The notes under the pieces were generated by a model. The model did no database searches and had not been told where the DNA came from. It saw only the letters and a list, made by a program, of their open reading frames with translations. The translations under genes were made by a program, and so were the position numbers. From the NCBI RefSeq assembly GCF_009914755.1, contig NC_060931.1: 64,000 nt of DNA, one strand, 5' to 3'. Position 1 is the stretch's first letter; every line of letters begins with the position of its first letter. This DNA is from the human T2T-CHM13v2.0 reference genome, Homo sapiens. Shown piece after piece: positions 13,018 through 26,760 of the stretch.

Positions 13018-13543
13018 TATGTTAGTTTCCTATTTGCTGCAATAATAAATTACCACAAACATAGTGACTTAAAAACAACACAAACTTTTATCTTACATTT
13101 TTGTAGGCTAGAAGTCCAACATGGATCTCATTGGGCTAAAATCGAGGTGTCAGGGGGCTGTGTTCCTCGTGGAGGCTCTGGGACAAATTCTATGACCTCA
13201 TCTTTTTCCAGCATCTAGAGGCTTCCCTGAACTCCTAGGTGTATGGCTCTTCCCTTCATCTTCAAAGCCAGCAACAGCAGATTGAGCCCTTCTTAAAATG
13301 CCATCTCTTTGTTTCTCTTTTCCATAGTTACATCTTCCTCTTCCACTTTTAAGAACCCTTGATTACATTGGGCCCACCCTGACAATCCAGGATAATCCCC
13401 TTATTTTAAGATCTGCTGGTTAGCATCCTTAATTCCATCTCCAACCTTAATTCCCCTTTGCTATGTGTAGTAACATATTCACAGGTTCCAGGAATTAAAT
13501 GGACATGGACATCTTTGGGGAGCCATTATTTCTACCTGTTACA
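13018..13543 (-). mobile_element. MaLR solo LTR (MLT1D-like), near full length
   Basis: 'gttagtttcctatttgctgc..aaattaccacaaac', 'ctaaaatcgaggtgtcag', 'atcttcaaagccagcaa', 'gattacattgggcccacc..aatccaggataatc', ends 'gttaca'. Confidence 0.88.
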
Positions 13544-13864
13544 GTAGGGTGGACTTTCCCCAAACTTTGCTCTTTCCCCACTCAAATGAAATTGTATAGT
13601 GCCCTCTATTAATTCTTTGCAAAATAAATTGTTACCTATGAATGTGTCTTGTGCGAGTGGTGGGTGGTTTATCACTGCTTAAAGCCTCACTCTTCTTCAT
13701 TGTGACAAAACCCCAGCCACTTAGTTTTGTACAATCCCAGTGTTCAAGGAAGCTAGAGATCCTCTTAGCCAGCCCGCCCGCAGGGGTTTTGCACACACAT
13801 TGTTACATCTCTTCAAAATGGCTGTCCCACCTTTGCTTACATGAAATGGCCTGCCTTGGCAAAT

Positions 13865-14150
13865 AAACCTCTTTGAACAGTTCTGTTTTTGTTAGATAGT
13901 TCCTGCTTTAATTTAGGGGAAAATATTTCTCTTTGTGGGTTTGTAGAACCTATTGGTTCTTGTTTTACTCTCTGGGGTCATATTGAATAAATCTAATTTC
14001 TTCTTTCACACTTGAAGCCCTTGAGATTTTTTTTAAAGACAGTTCTCATATCCCCCAAGTATCAGACTTAAAAATCTCAATTTCTTCAACTGGGTCTCAC
14101 ATAAAACTGTCTTGAGACTTCTCTCCATCCTGTTCCTTCTCCTGAGTATG
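13865..14150 (-). mobile_element. L3/CR1 fragment
   Basis: 'cctattggttcttgttttactctctgggg..gaataaatctaat...cccttgagattttt..aaagacagttctcatatcccc' resembles the reverse complement of the L3 3' region. Confidence 0.5.
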
Positions 14151-14154
14151 ATAC

Positions 14155-14430
14155 AACATGAAGAAGGGGAGGCTGAAGGAAGATTTAATAGGAGGCTTTA
14201 AATGCTGGGGGGAATTGTCATACAGAAAAAGCTGGTAAGGTCTTTACATTTACCATGGAAACAAGAAATCACAGGCTCATATTGTGGCTAAGGAGATTTA
14301 ATTAGCAGGAAACCTGTCTTAACCTTATGGATTTGGTGTCAGGAAACCTGTCTTAACCTTGTGGATCATGCAATGGACTGCCTGCTATGGGAAGTTGAGG
14401 GATCTTTTGCCTTAGTGTAAGACAAGTCTT
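14155..14430 (+). mobile_element. L3/CR1 fragment
   Basis: 'gaagaaggggaggctgaaggaagatttaata..gctttaaat..tgtcatacagaa...acaagaaatcac...caatggactgcct'. Confidence 0.5.
14306..14366 (+). repeat. Tandem duplication with a 34-bp period
   Basis: caggaaacctgtcttaacctt(a/g)tggat at 14306 and 14340. Confidence 0.95.
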
Positions 14431-15929
14431 CAAGCTCAGAATTCGTATATTTTGTGTAAGAGACGTTGCTTTTAGTTAAATGTTTTGCTTAAAGTATTCT
14501 TGTCATTGCTTGTCATCTATGCCTGATGCCTGAATTTCCCTCTTGTGTTGGTTCATTGGATGTAAGGCATCATCATGACTGCTGTTAATCATAGGGGGAA
14601 GGAATATGGTTCAGGGCTTTATGAAGGAAGGGAAACAGTGGCATAGCACAGGATAATTAATAGCAAGTGGAGTGACAGTTTGATTCCCTGGTAGGGACCC
14701 TGGCATTGTTGAAGGAAAAAAAAATCACTTTATTCTTTCATAGAGAGAGGCAGCTGTAATTCTGGTTGGATGGAATCCAATTAAAAGGAACTGACATGCA
14801 AATTGATGATGAGACAGTGTGAGCATAGAAGTAGTCCAAGAAGAGTTTTGTAAGAAATGGCAGAGAAGAGTGTAAGTAATTTGGCATGGTAATGTGTGTA
14901 AGAAAATGGAAAGCTGATGGGTTGGCTACCTGAACAATTATGTCTGGAATCTCAGCCAGCAGAGAACAGGAGACTGGTTGGTTTGGTAGAGTTGTTAACA
15001 AAACTTTCTGGTGTTTTGAGTTTTGGTCTACATTTTAGGAATTATAGCCTTTCATAATAGAATGAATATAAATCAACCCTTGAGGGTTATAGGCTTTCAA
15101 ATTGGTGGTGGTTAAATATAATATTCTCAAGATTCTATGATGGGAGTCCCAGCCTGGCTCTTGGAAAGAAGATCTCATTGTACAGGTGTACTTCACCTGA
15201 CCTAATGATGTGTTCTCAAAGATTTGTGTGAGAATTGGCTCCTAAATTTAGGATGAAATAGGAGAGCTTGCCATTTCTAGTAATGCTATTATGAATCATT
15301 TTCTAATGTAAAAAATCCTTTTATAACCACAGTCATGCCCAATTTATCTTTTAAGTAAATTCATAAGTCCACATATTAGATTTGTTTAAACCAAAGGTAT
15401 TTTTCTTTGAAATGAAATAATTGTAGGGGCACATAACAGTTAAGCTTTAGAGTAACAGAGGAAAAATTGGGTAAGATTTTATAAGTCAGTATATTGCTTT
15501 TTAGGGAGGAAATTCTGCCTAAGAAGTCAGACAGCTTCTGCTGTTATTACGGGAAAAGGAGAAGGCTGCCCAACGTATTTCAGGGAGATTTACTAGGATC
15601 TCTTGGGAACTGCAGTAGAAATCACTACGAAATATTTTGAGGATAGAGGAAACAGGACAACAGCGTTTACTAGGTTTTATTCTGAAGAAAGCCAAAGAAG
15701 GTGGAATGGAGTTCATCTTGAGAAAGCGGTAGAAGATTGAGAAGCTAAGAAAAGACTTACACAGCAGCAAAAAGAAGAAGAGACTGGAGTAGTGGGCAGA
15801 GTTTTCAGTTAGCAAGAGAGCACCATCCAATTGTTATGCTGGTCAGCAGCAAGGAACATTAATGAAGGAGATGAAGAATGACCAGGGTCAGTTTTTGTTC
15901 ATCCAGGTTTGAGCAGGGTGTTGCTTATG

Positions 15930-16334
15930 ATGCTCCATGCAGTTTTGCCTCCCACAATCTCTCTCTGATCTTTGCCTCCTGATCTGCTCAAGTACTGCAG
16001 CAGCAATGCATTCTCTACTGAAGGCTGTCACGTTTACTTTTCACTGTGCCTAGAATGCTCTTACCCTCAAGCCTCCCTCCTTCACTTGATTCAGGTTGCT
16101 GCTAGAAGCTCCCTTATCAGAGAGACCTTTAGTGACCATTCTGTCTGAAGGAGGCAGACACTCTTCCCTTATTCCGCTTTTCTTCATAGCACTCATTATC
16201 ACCTCACACATGGTTGTTTAATGTTTCCCCAATTTTCTCTGCTAGAAGTAAGTTCTTTGAGAGTTCAGCTTCAGTTTCTTTTGCCCATCAGTGTATTCCC
16301 AGTACCTAATTTATATAAAAATTTGTGGAATGGA
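15930..16334 (+). mobile_element. L2 3' fragment
   Basis: 'tgcctagaatgctctt', 'tcagagagacctt', 'cttcatagcact', 'gtaagttctttgaga', 'tgtattcccagtaccta', 'atttgtggaatgga'. Confidence 0.75.
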
Positions 16335-16359
16335 TTTTTAGGGTATCTCTTGCCTATCA

Positions 16360-16900
16360 CAGTGAGAAGAGCTGAGAATGAAGAATACAGGACTCAGTCC
16401 TTGTCCTGTGTTATGCAATGTATTACATAGTTATAGTAAGTATAACAGCCTGAGCACAGAGTGCTGTGAGCTTTGAGAAATAAGCTAGAGATGGTCATCA
16501 CAGAACTGGATCTTGAATGATAAAGAGGAGTTTTGTTCTGTGGTGGAGACAAGGAATGATCTTCTAGGCTATCAAAGCAGGGTGAGTGAAGTTGGAGAGA
16601 TGTAGAAATGAGTTTTGTGTTTGGATGTCATTGAGTGATTTTGATTTGGCTGCTAGAGCACAGGTACATGGGAAAGCATGACAAAGGGGCCTGAGAGGTA
16701 GGGTTGGGGAGGACATGTGAAACATATGTTGAGATCTGATTGGTAAAGTTATTGATAGGCGTTTGGACCTTGTCTTTTGGGAAGCAGGGAAGTAGCAATA
16801 TCCAAAAGAGAGTGCTTAAGGATGGATTGGAAGAGGGAAGATTATAGAGGGGATAGAGAGCAAAGCAGGATGTGACTTTCCCAGCCTTGAAATGCATGAG
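16360..16900 (-). mobile_element. L2 fragment (degenerate)
   Basis: 'gaactggatcttgaatgataaagaggagttt', 'tttggaccttgtcttttgggaagcagggaag'. Confidence 0.5.
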
Positions 16901-17155
16901 AAAGTTTGGGATCCTCACAATGAAGGGCAAAAAAAAAAAAAATAAAAAGCAATTCTGTTTATGGATGTATAGCAATATATTGTGTATAGGTGGTGGCTAT
17001 TAGAAGACTAGTAGTTCTTGGAACTGTTCCTTTTTTTCTCACAATAGTAGTTAAGCTGTGTCATTGGGATACAAAGGGAAGGAGAAGGCTATTTCCATTC
17101 TTAGAATAGAAAAATTGGAAAATGCCTTGGCAAATGGAGGTATTCTTATTCTACA

Positions 17156-17425
<270 letters not shown>

Positions 17426-18177
17426 TAAGCAGCTATGTGGCCTTGTGCATTTCATTTAACTGTGTTTCATTTGTCCTTTCATGGAGATAGACTTTGTTGA
17501 TATCCTTTCATCGTTGATGTGCAGAACAAAGTATGCTGCTTGGGAAATTATAAACATACTTTCATTTGAAATATTGGGTAATATCAGGAGTCCTTTGCTT
17601 TAATAGAAGTAGATCTGGAATTGCTTTTTTTTTTTTCTTGGAATATGGTAACACCAAAGCATCTGAGCTACTCACACCCATTTCCAGAGGAAAACATGAT
17701 CATTTCCAGGAGATGGCCTGCAGTTTTAAAGCTTTTTGCTGCTTGTTTTCTACATGTCAAAACACATCCCATTTCAGCAGTTGGTGAGCGCTACCATAGA
17801 ACTGTTCAGAAGCAAGAGGGAGGATTGAGTCATGTTGTACGTGCAGCTGCATATTAACCTGCAGGTCATAGCAGTCCCTGATCCAAAGGACTGTCTGACA
17901 CTTTATCCCCGTTCTTACTGCCTTCATCATTCACAGCAGCCAGTGTAGGACTCTCCCACTTTAGCCTTGATCATTTGGAGTAGCAGAATCGTGGTCTTGT
18001 GTATATATAGAGTGTTATATAGGCCATGTGATTCTCGGAGACCTTTTTAGGAAGTTTGAGCAACCTTACATATTGGAATTCTTTCCTCTTTTTGAGAAGG
18101 AGGAAAGAAATGTATGTTTTATAAGGATTGCTTTGAAATAGATCCATTTTGCAGGGTTTAACTCAAGCAAAGAACAG

Positions 18178-18413
18178 ACTAGCTTAATGGTTAATATTAA
18201 GTTACTGGAGTTTGAATGCCTAGGTCCCAATTCAAGCTTCACCATTATTAGCTATATGACCATTAGCCAGTTTTCTCATTTGTTAGATGATGATAATTAC
18301 AGGAAGATACTGTATCTTCCCACAGAGTGGTCCAGAGGAATGAATGAGTAAATACATGTAAATCACTTAGACTAAGGACTGGTATTATGGATTCTCTGAC
18401 TGTTAGCTGTTTT
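18178..18413 (+). mobile_element. MIR
   Basis: 'aatggttaa..ctggagtttgaatgcctagg', 'cagttttctcatttgt', 'aatgagtaaatacatgtaaatcacttaga'. Confidence 0.75.
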
Positions 18414-19969
18414 ATTCCTGATTTTCTCATAGCCACTGGCATTTCTAAGACCTTGCAAGAACCACTGGTCAACTTTTCTGCCTGCTATGTTTAACTAGTA
18501 GAAGTCAGAAAGTGACTTGGTGGCAGAGTGCTAGAAATGATTCATTGGGTGGACTATTGAGCTTCACACCCCAGTCCACTGGCATCATGTAAGAAACAAC
18601 TCATTACACTCTAACGGTAGTTTAGTGAAATGGATGAGTAGTCTTAGTCTGCCTCCTCAGGCTGCAACAGAAAGTCAAGCCAAGCAGCCAGGAATGTCTG
18701 GGAATCACCTGGAGAGAGGACAGACATCTGCAGCACAGTGGAAGGTGATAGATGAGTGGGACCCAGGAATAAACTACAGAAGCAGTGTGGATTGTGTTGA
18801 TTCTAGCAAGCAGGAGGGGGTCTCCATGGTATTTCTGAGTATAAGCCAAGGAAATGTGTTAATGTGGGGGGAAAAAAATCACCGAACTGGGAGAGAGTCA
18901 GACTACCTCGGGTGTGACCTTTGCCCTGTCACCAACATATTGTATGTCACATCCCCATGGGGCGAGTCACATTTTCTTTCTAACTCTGTTTCTTTGTCTG
19001 TAAAATGATTAAATGATTTCTTGACTCTTTCTTTTCTAGATTCTTTTTAACGATTTCATTAGCTTTTAATAACTATGTGAGGAAAGGAGAGCAACCTGCT
19101 ATAGACCTTGGCCTGTGTGAGTCTTTAATTTTGTTTTTTGTTATTTCAAAGAAGTTCTTGTTCAAAAGACCATGAGACATTTCATCATTGGACTTTTTAG
19201 GGAGTTGTCTCTTTAATCTCTCATATTTCCTTTTTTCCCTACAAATGATATCCACAGTACTGCTGTTGTCTTGTGCTCTCTGGATCAGCACTTTTCCAGA
19301 GAAATGAAAACACTGCACTTTTAACGGCACAGAAAGCAAAATTACTGTAGCATCAGGATTCAAGGTTACAGAATTGGTTAACTTTCTGGTTTGTTTTGCT
19401 GAGCTGAATGAAAAAGATTTGATCGAATGTTACTGCTTAGGGATAAATATTAATAACCACAAACTCTCTTAGTGATCATTGTCCCCCCTTTTGCAGAAAA
19501 TTTCAAATTATGGTCTAGGACTTAGATTGTGATTGTCAGCTGAATATGGGCGTGAAAAATGTGGAATAACCAGATAAAGGACCCTTAATTGGTTGTAGAG
19601 GAACAACTTTTTGGGGATCCATGTCCAGAGAGGGAATTGGTTCTGGATTATTGATTTGTATCATTACTTTGATTAAGTGTCTAGCAGTTGCTGTAGACCT
19701 TTATAACATTATATAATAGAAATGGTATTAGAAAAAAGTCATCAAAGGTAGGATTTTTTTAAAGATATAAGAACCGAAGTTTTTAATCTTCAGTCCTTCA
19801 TAGAGAAGAATTTATTAGGTTTGAGAGTTCTCAGTACCAAGTAAATTCTAACTGCAGACTTAAAACATATGAATACACTCACATATAGTCACCCCATCCT
19901 CTGGCCTGGTTTTGTTCTCTATTATAGTTGACTTTGCTTTAGGGGAAAGGAGGGAGAGTATTGGTATTA

Positions 19970-20520
19970 ATTTATTTGAAAAATTAGCAGGAGTATATCA
20001 AACACTTACTGTATGCCAGGACTTACCATGATAAATAAGAGGTGGACCCCTGTCCTTATGGAGCCCACTTGAATCAAAAAGTAAACATATGAGCATGCAA
20101 ATAGATGGCTGTAAGAATGTGATGGGCATGCCATTTTTTCTAGCAGGTTGCCTACCACATAGTCTATATGTGTTAGAGATACACATTAGGTACACAGAAG
20201 AGGGTCCATTTGTGGCATAGAGAGAGATTAGAGGAATCTTCATGAAGGAAGTGACATGATGATGATGTTTTGAATGACAGGAAGGAGTATGCAAAAAAAG
20301 GCAGGGTTGACATTCCAGACAGAAAGACTAGTATGGACCAAGACATGTGGACATGGAAATGGTTTGCTCCTTTTGGGGTCCTGAAGGTAATAAGTGCAAT
20401 GAGGCTGGAGAACTGGGTTTGTCTTAAGGGGCTATGGGAAATGAGGGTCAGAGTGTAGGCTCTTATGAAGGCTGTCTGGTCAGACTTGAGGGGAAGGTAT
20501 GCTGGTAAATTGCACTGAGA
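19970..20520 (-). mobile_element. L2 fragment
   Basis: 'acacttactgtatgccagg', 'cccctgtccttatggagc', 'ggaatcttcatgaaggaagtgacat', 'cattccagacaga'. Confidence 0.7.
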
Positions 20521-20815
20521 ATAGTTCCTAGCTGTCCCATATTTCAGCATCTCCTGAAATAGATGTGTACTGTGATGTACAAGTTCCAGGATACAATCAG
20601 TTCATGAGTATCCAGTTAATGTACCTGCAGGATTTGGGCAGCAATATATGTAGGGTGTTGTGTGAAAATATTGGATATGAACAATTACAATCTTGGCTTG
20701 CACAAGAAATCATTGTGATGCAGGAGGGAAGGGTAGAAAAGTTAGATTATTTTTTTTCCCCTCTAATGCAGTGCCTCTCAACTTTGTTACAAATTAGAAT
20801 TACCTGGGGATCTTT

Positions 20816-22640
<1,825 letters not shown>

Positions 22641-24771
22641 GGTAGCTAGGGTACTTTACCTTACAAAATCCCTTGATACCCAGACCATACTTCATCCCAG
22701 TTAAATCAGAATCATTTAGAAATGAACAGAATCTCGTTCATTCCCTAGATTCTTCTGAGTGCAGCCAAAATTGAGAACCTATGTACTAATGGGATTTTAG
22801 TGTGGTACACTAAAGAAGATACTGTCATGGATTGCTGGGATGGAAGCCATTCCAGTGGAATGTATGCATAGGAGCTGATGTGGGCCCCTACACGAAAGAA
22901 ATTGTTGATGTTTATGGAACCAGGAGAGCTGAATGAGGAAGAGAAGGAGCAGGAGTGAGAAGCCCTGTGGTCAAGGTAGTAGAGTTCCCTCTCCCTGGGG
23001 CACATGGAGCCCCATTGCTGAGGCGCTGCCTTGTGTGGCTCCTATTCCTGATTATTCAGGGTATTCCCACCCTAAACCTGCTGCAGTGCAGCCAACAAAC
23101 CACCAACTTGAAATCTAGGGAATACTCTTAGTAGAGCGTGTAAATGTACTATTTTAAAGAATAGCTTTCCCCTGGATTAGGGAAATGCTTGTGAAATCTG
23201 CATAGTGATGAACAGGGTAGGCACATTCTAGAAGTGCCTGTGTGGGTTTTTTGCTTTTTGAGTTTTTTCTGTCTTTTTAATGTAATGTCTTTAGACAAAC
23301 ATTGAGTCATCCATTCTTCCCAAGGGTAGGTAGTTCAGTCAGAAGTGATGTTTTCCCAAAAGGCTTTAAAGAAAAACGGGACAAAAAGTTACGCTCAAGT
23401 AATATGTTCTTTGGGAGCACTCAAAGTATGCAGGCTGGTAGGTTGCTTGCTTGTGGCTTTTTTTTTTTTTTTTTTAATTTAAACACACATTTTCCTCTTT
23501 GAAAAGAGAGGTTGGAACTAGTCAGCTGAGTCCCTCTTTCTGAAATACACGTTCCCTAAACAGCTGTAGAGAATTAATTTCAGTCAAAGATAGCAGAGCT
23601 TTAATCTCAGCTTTCTGCTCAGTGTTATGGAAAATCCTTTCTAGAAAATAGCCAGTGTCTACCTGCTATGGGATGTTAAAAAATTCAAACGAACATTGGA
23701 TTTTTTAGTGTTTTCCTAGTAGAAACAGCATGGAAAATCCTTTAGTGAGCTAGATTTTACAGTGCACACAGAAAGCAAGTATCTATGATACATTTATAAT
23801 TTTGTGTGTGTCACATGTTGGTTGTACTATTTTCTTATTCCTAATAGAATTGAAATATACCATGTCCAATTCCAAACCTTATTTTTTTTGTGTGTGAAGG
23901 GTTGAAGCATTTTAGACAAGAAAGAGCTTTGATACTAGCAACTTTAAACTCATTTATAGGATATATATACATATATAATACATACATATGTATGCTCTTT
24001 CAAGGCAGAGGAAGAAGGTAGGCAGAGTATGAGAGGAGAGTTGCTTTTCTTTCTCAACTTATGATTGTATTTAACACATACTCGCATGCACACACACATT
24101 CTTTTAATAGCATTTTTTTTTTGTAGTGAGAGAAAACTTATCTTTAAGAAGTCTCTAATCTATTATGGGATTAAGAGTTTTAAATGTCCCCCAACACCCC
24201 CCCCCCCATTTTTATACTTTTATTTCTACGATTTATATGTCACGTGAACATCACTTTTTGGTGGTGTGATTATATCGGAATACTTTTGTATTTTGCTTAA
24301 CATTAAAAAAGCCATTTCTTACATTGCTATATCATGATAGTAATTTAATGGCAGCATAATAGTACCTCAAATTGTGCCATACTTTATATTCTTCTGTTGT
24401 AAGTTTTCTATTTTGTGCTGTTAAACCTCAAAGAACTTATTTGTGCATAGAATCCCTCTTAATTTCTTCAGTACATCCTCTGTGTAGAATAGTCACAAGG
24501 TGCATTTTGTTTTTTCCTTATCTGTGTACAGTTTACACTGTATATGATCCTCAGTGATATAGGGTGTATTTACCTTAAGAATGATCATTATTTACATTTC
24601 TAGGGATAAAAAGCTACTGGATTTCTTTCATAACTGTATTATTTAAAAAGTTGTTCTTCCCCTTTATTTTTGTGCACAAATTTGAGCCACATTTATGTTT
24701 GTCTTTTAATGGGTTATGGGTTCAAATTTTTTTCTTAACTGGTATGTTTTTTTTTGTTGTTGTTGTTTTAA

Positions 24772-24917
24772 TTTTTTTTTTTTTTTTTTTTTTTTTAGAA
24801 ACTAGGTCTTCCTAAGTAAGTTGTCTGGTTTGGTCTCGAACTCCTAGGCTCAAAGTGATACTCCCACCTCAGCCGCCTGTGTAGCTGGGAGTCCAGGTGT
24901 GTGCCACTGCACTTGGC
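24772..24917 (-). mobile_element. Free Alu monomer (FLAM_A-like) with a long T tail
   Basis: Single arm containing both 'ggtctcgaactcct' and 'gtagctggga'. Confidence 0.8.
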
Positions 24918-25059
24918 AATATGTAACTCTTTGTGATATTTGTCATGAGTATTTTTTCCAAGTTTTTTCTTTTTTTATTTTAGTGCCATTGTGCCTGGCA
25001 ATATGTAACCCTTTGTAATATTTGTCGTACCTTTTCCAAGTTTGTTCTTTTTTATTTTA
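24901..25059 (+). repeat. Tandem duplication of ~80 bp
   Basis: gtgcca(c/t)tg..tggcaatatgtaac..tttgt.atatttgtc...ttccaagttt...ttttttattttag at 24901 and 24983. Confidence 0.93.
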
Positions 25060-25756
25060 GTTTTTCATTACAAAGCAGTTTATGAAGTTTTTTATATTTT
25101 CTTCTGTTGCCTTAAGATGAACAAACTTGTCATCCCTTCTGAGATCTAACATCAATTCTGTCCCCACCTGCCCCCCAATATTTCCTGTGGTTTAATTAAA
25201 AGCAATTTTTAAAATCCATCTGAGTTTCTGTCGATACATATGCCCTCTCCTTACCTGCTGTGCTATGAGGAAAGGTGGGCTAAATCAGGAGCTCGTGTTA
25301 TTCATATCTTGGGAGAGGAATAGAAACAGCCAGTACTCCAATCTCAGCTTCCTGTAATGTCTACAAGTCAGTGTTTGCTCATCTATAAAGCTGGGATGAG
25401 AATAACAAATGTACAGAGAATTTTTTTAATGCACTTAAGCCTTCTCTTAAGCACTGTTAAGAACTTCAGTTGAAAGTGTTTAAAATACCAAATAGCTGTA
25501 ACCTTTGATTGTTAATATGTGTGCACCATCATTTCTTGGATTTTTCTCAATAGCTAGAGACCACATGGGATCTTTGGTGTTTTCCAAAATGAACCACCAT
25601 GCTATTACCTGCAGACATTAAGGGTCTGATTATACAAAGAAACTGAGAGTTGAGGATGTCCATCAGAAATACACTGTTTCAAAGTCAGATCTGAGTACTT
25701 GGTGAAGACTTTGGGGACTACTTAATAGTAATGATTACTAGAAAAATAAACACTGG

Positions 25757-26310
<554 letters not shown>

Positions 26311-26589
26311 TTTTATTAACAAGTAACATTTGTATAACATTTATGACCTACAGAGCCCTTTCACATGCTGTTTCTTATTTGTGAACTGAGTGTTTTATAC
26401 AGAATGGGTTTTTAAATGTTCCATAGGCTTTTTATTCATGGCTTCAAGAGGTTGTTCCCTTTTTGGGACCTGTACAGCTTGTGTATACTCAGTTGGCATT
26501 TGTCACGTATCTTCATGCCAGTGTCTTTGTATCTGAATTCTAAAACTGCGTGAACACAAAGGTTATGTCTTTTGTCTTATTCATCTGGG

Positions 26590-26760
26590 TTGTCACTGGA
26601 ACAGAGTCAGGAGACATTCCTATTTATTATGTGCGTAATCGTAGGCAAGTCAATCTCTGGCTTGCCAAAGCTGTCCTTTCCTCATCTGTAAAATGGGTAA
26701 CAAGTTTCTTGTGAAGATTACGTTAAATAATGCATTAGGAAGCACTTTGTATAGAAAATT
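26590..26760 (+). mobile_element. MIR (MIR3/MIRc-like)
   Basis: 'gagtcaggagac', 'ggcaagtca', 'tttcctcatctgtaaaatggg', 'ttgtgaagatta'. Confidence 0.7.

Noticed and set aside
14306-14366. 27-bp direct repeats with a short spacer as a CRISPR-like unit
   Set aside because: Only two copies, a eukaryotic context and no cas genes; a simple tandem duplication.
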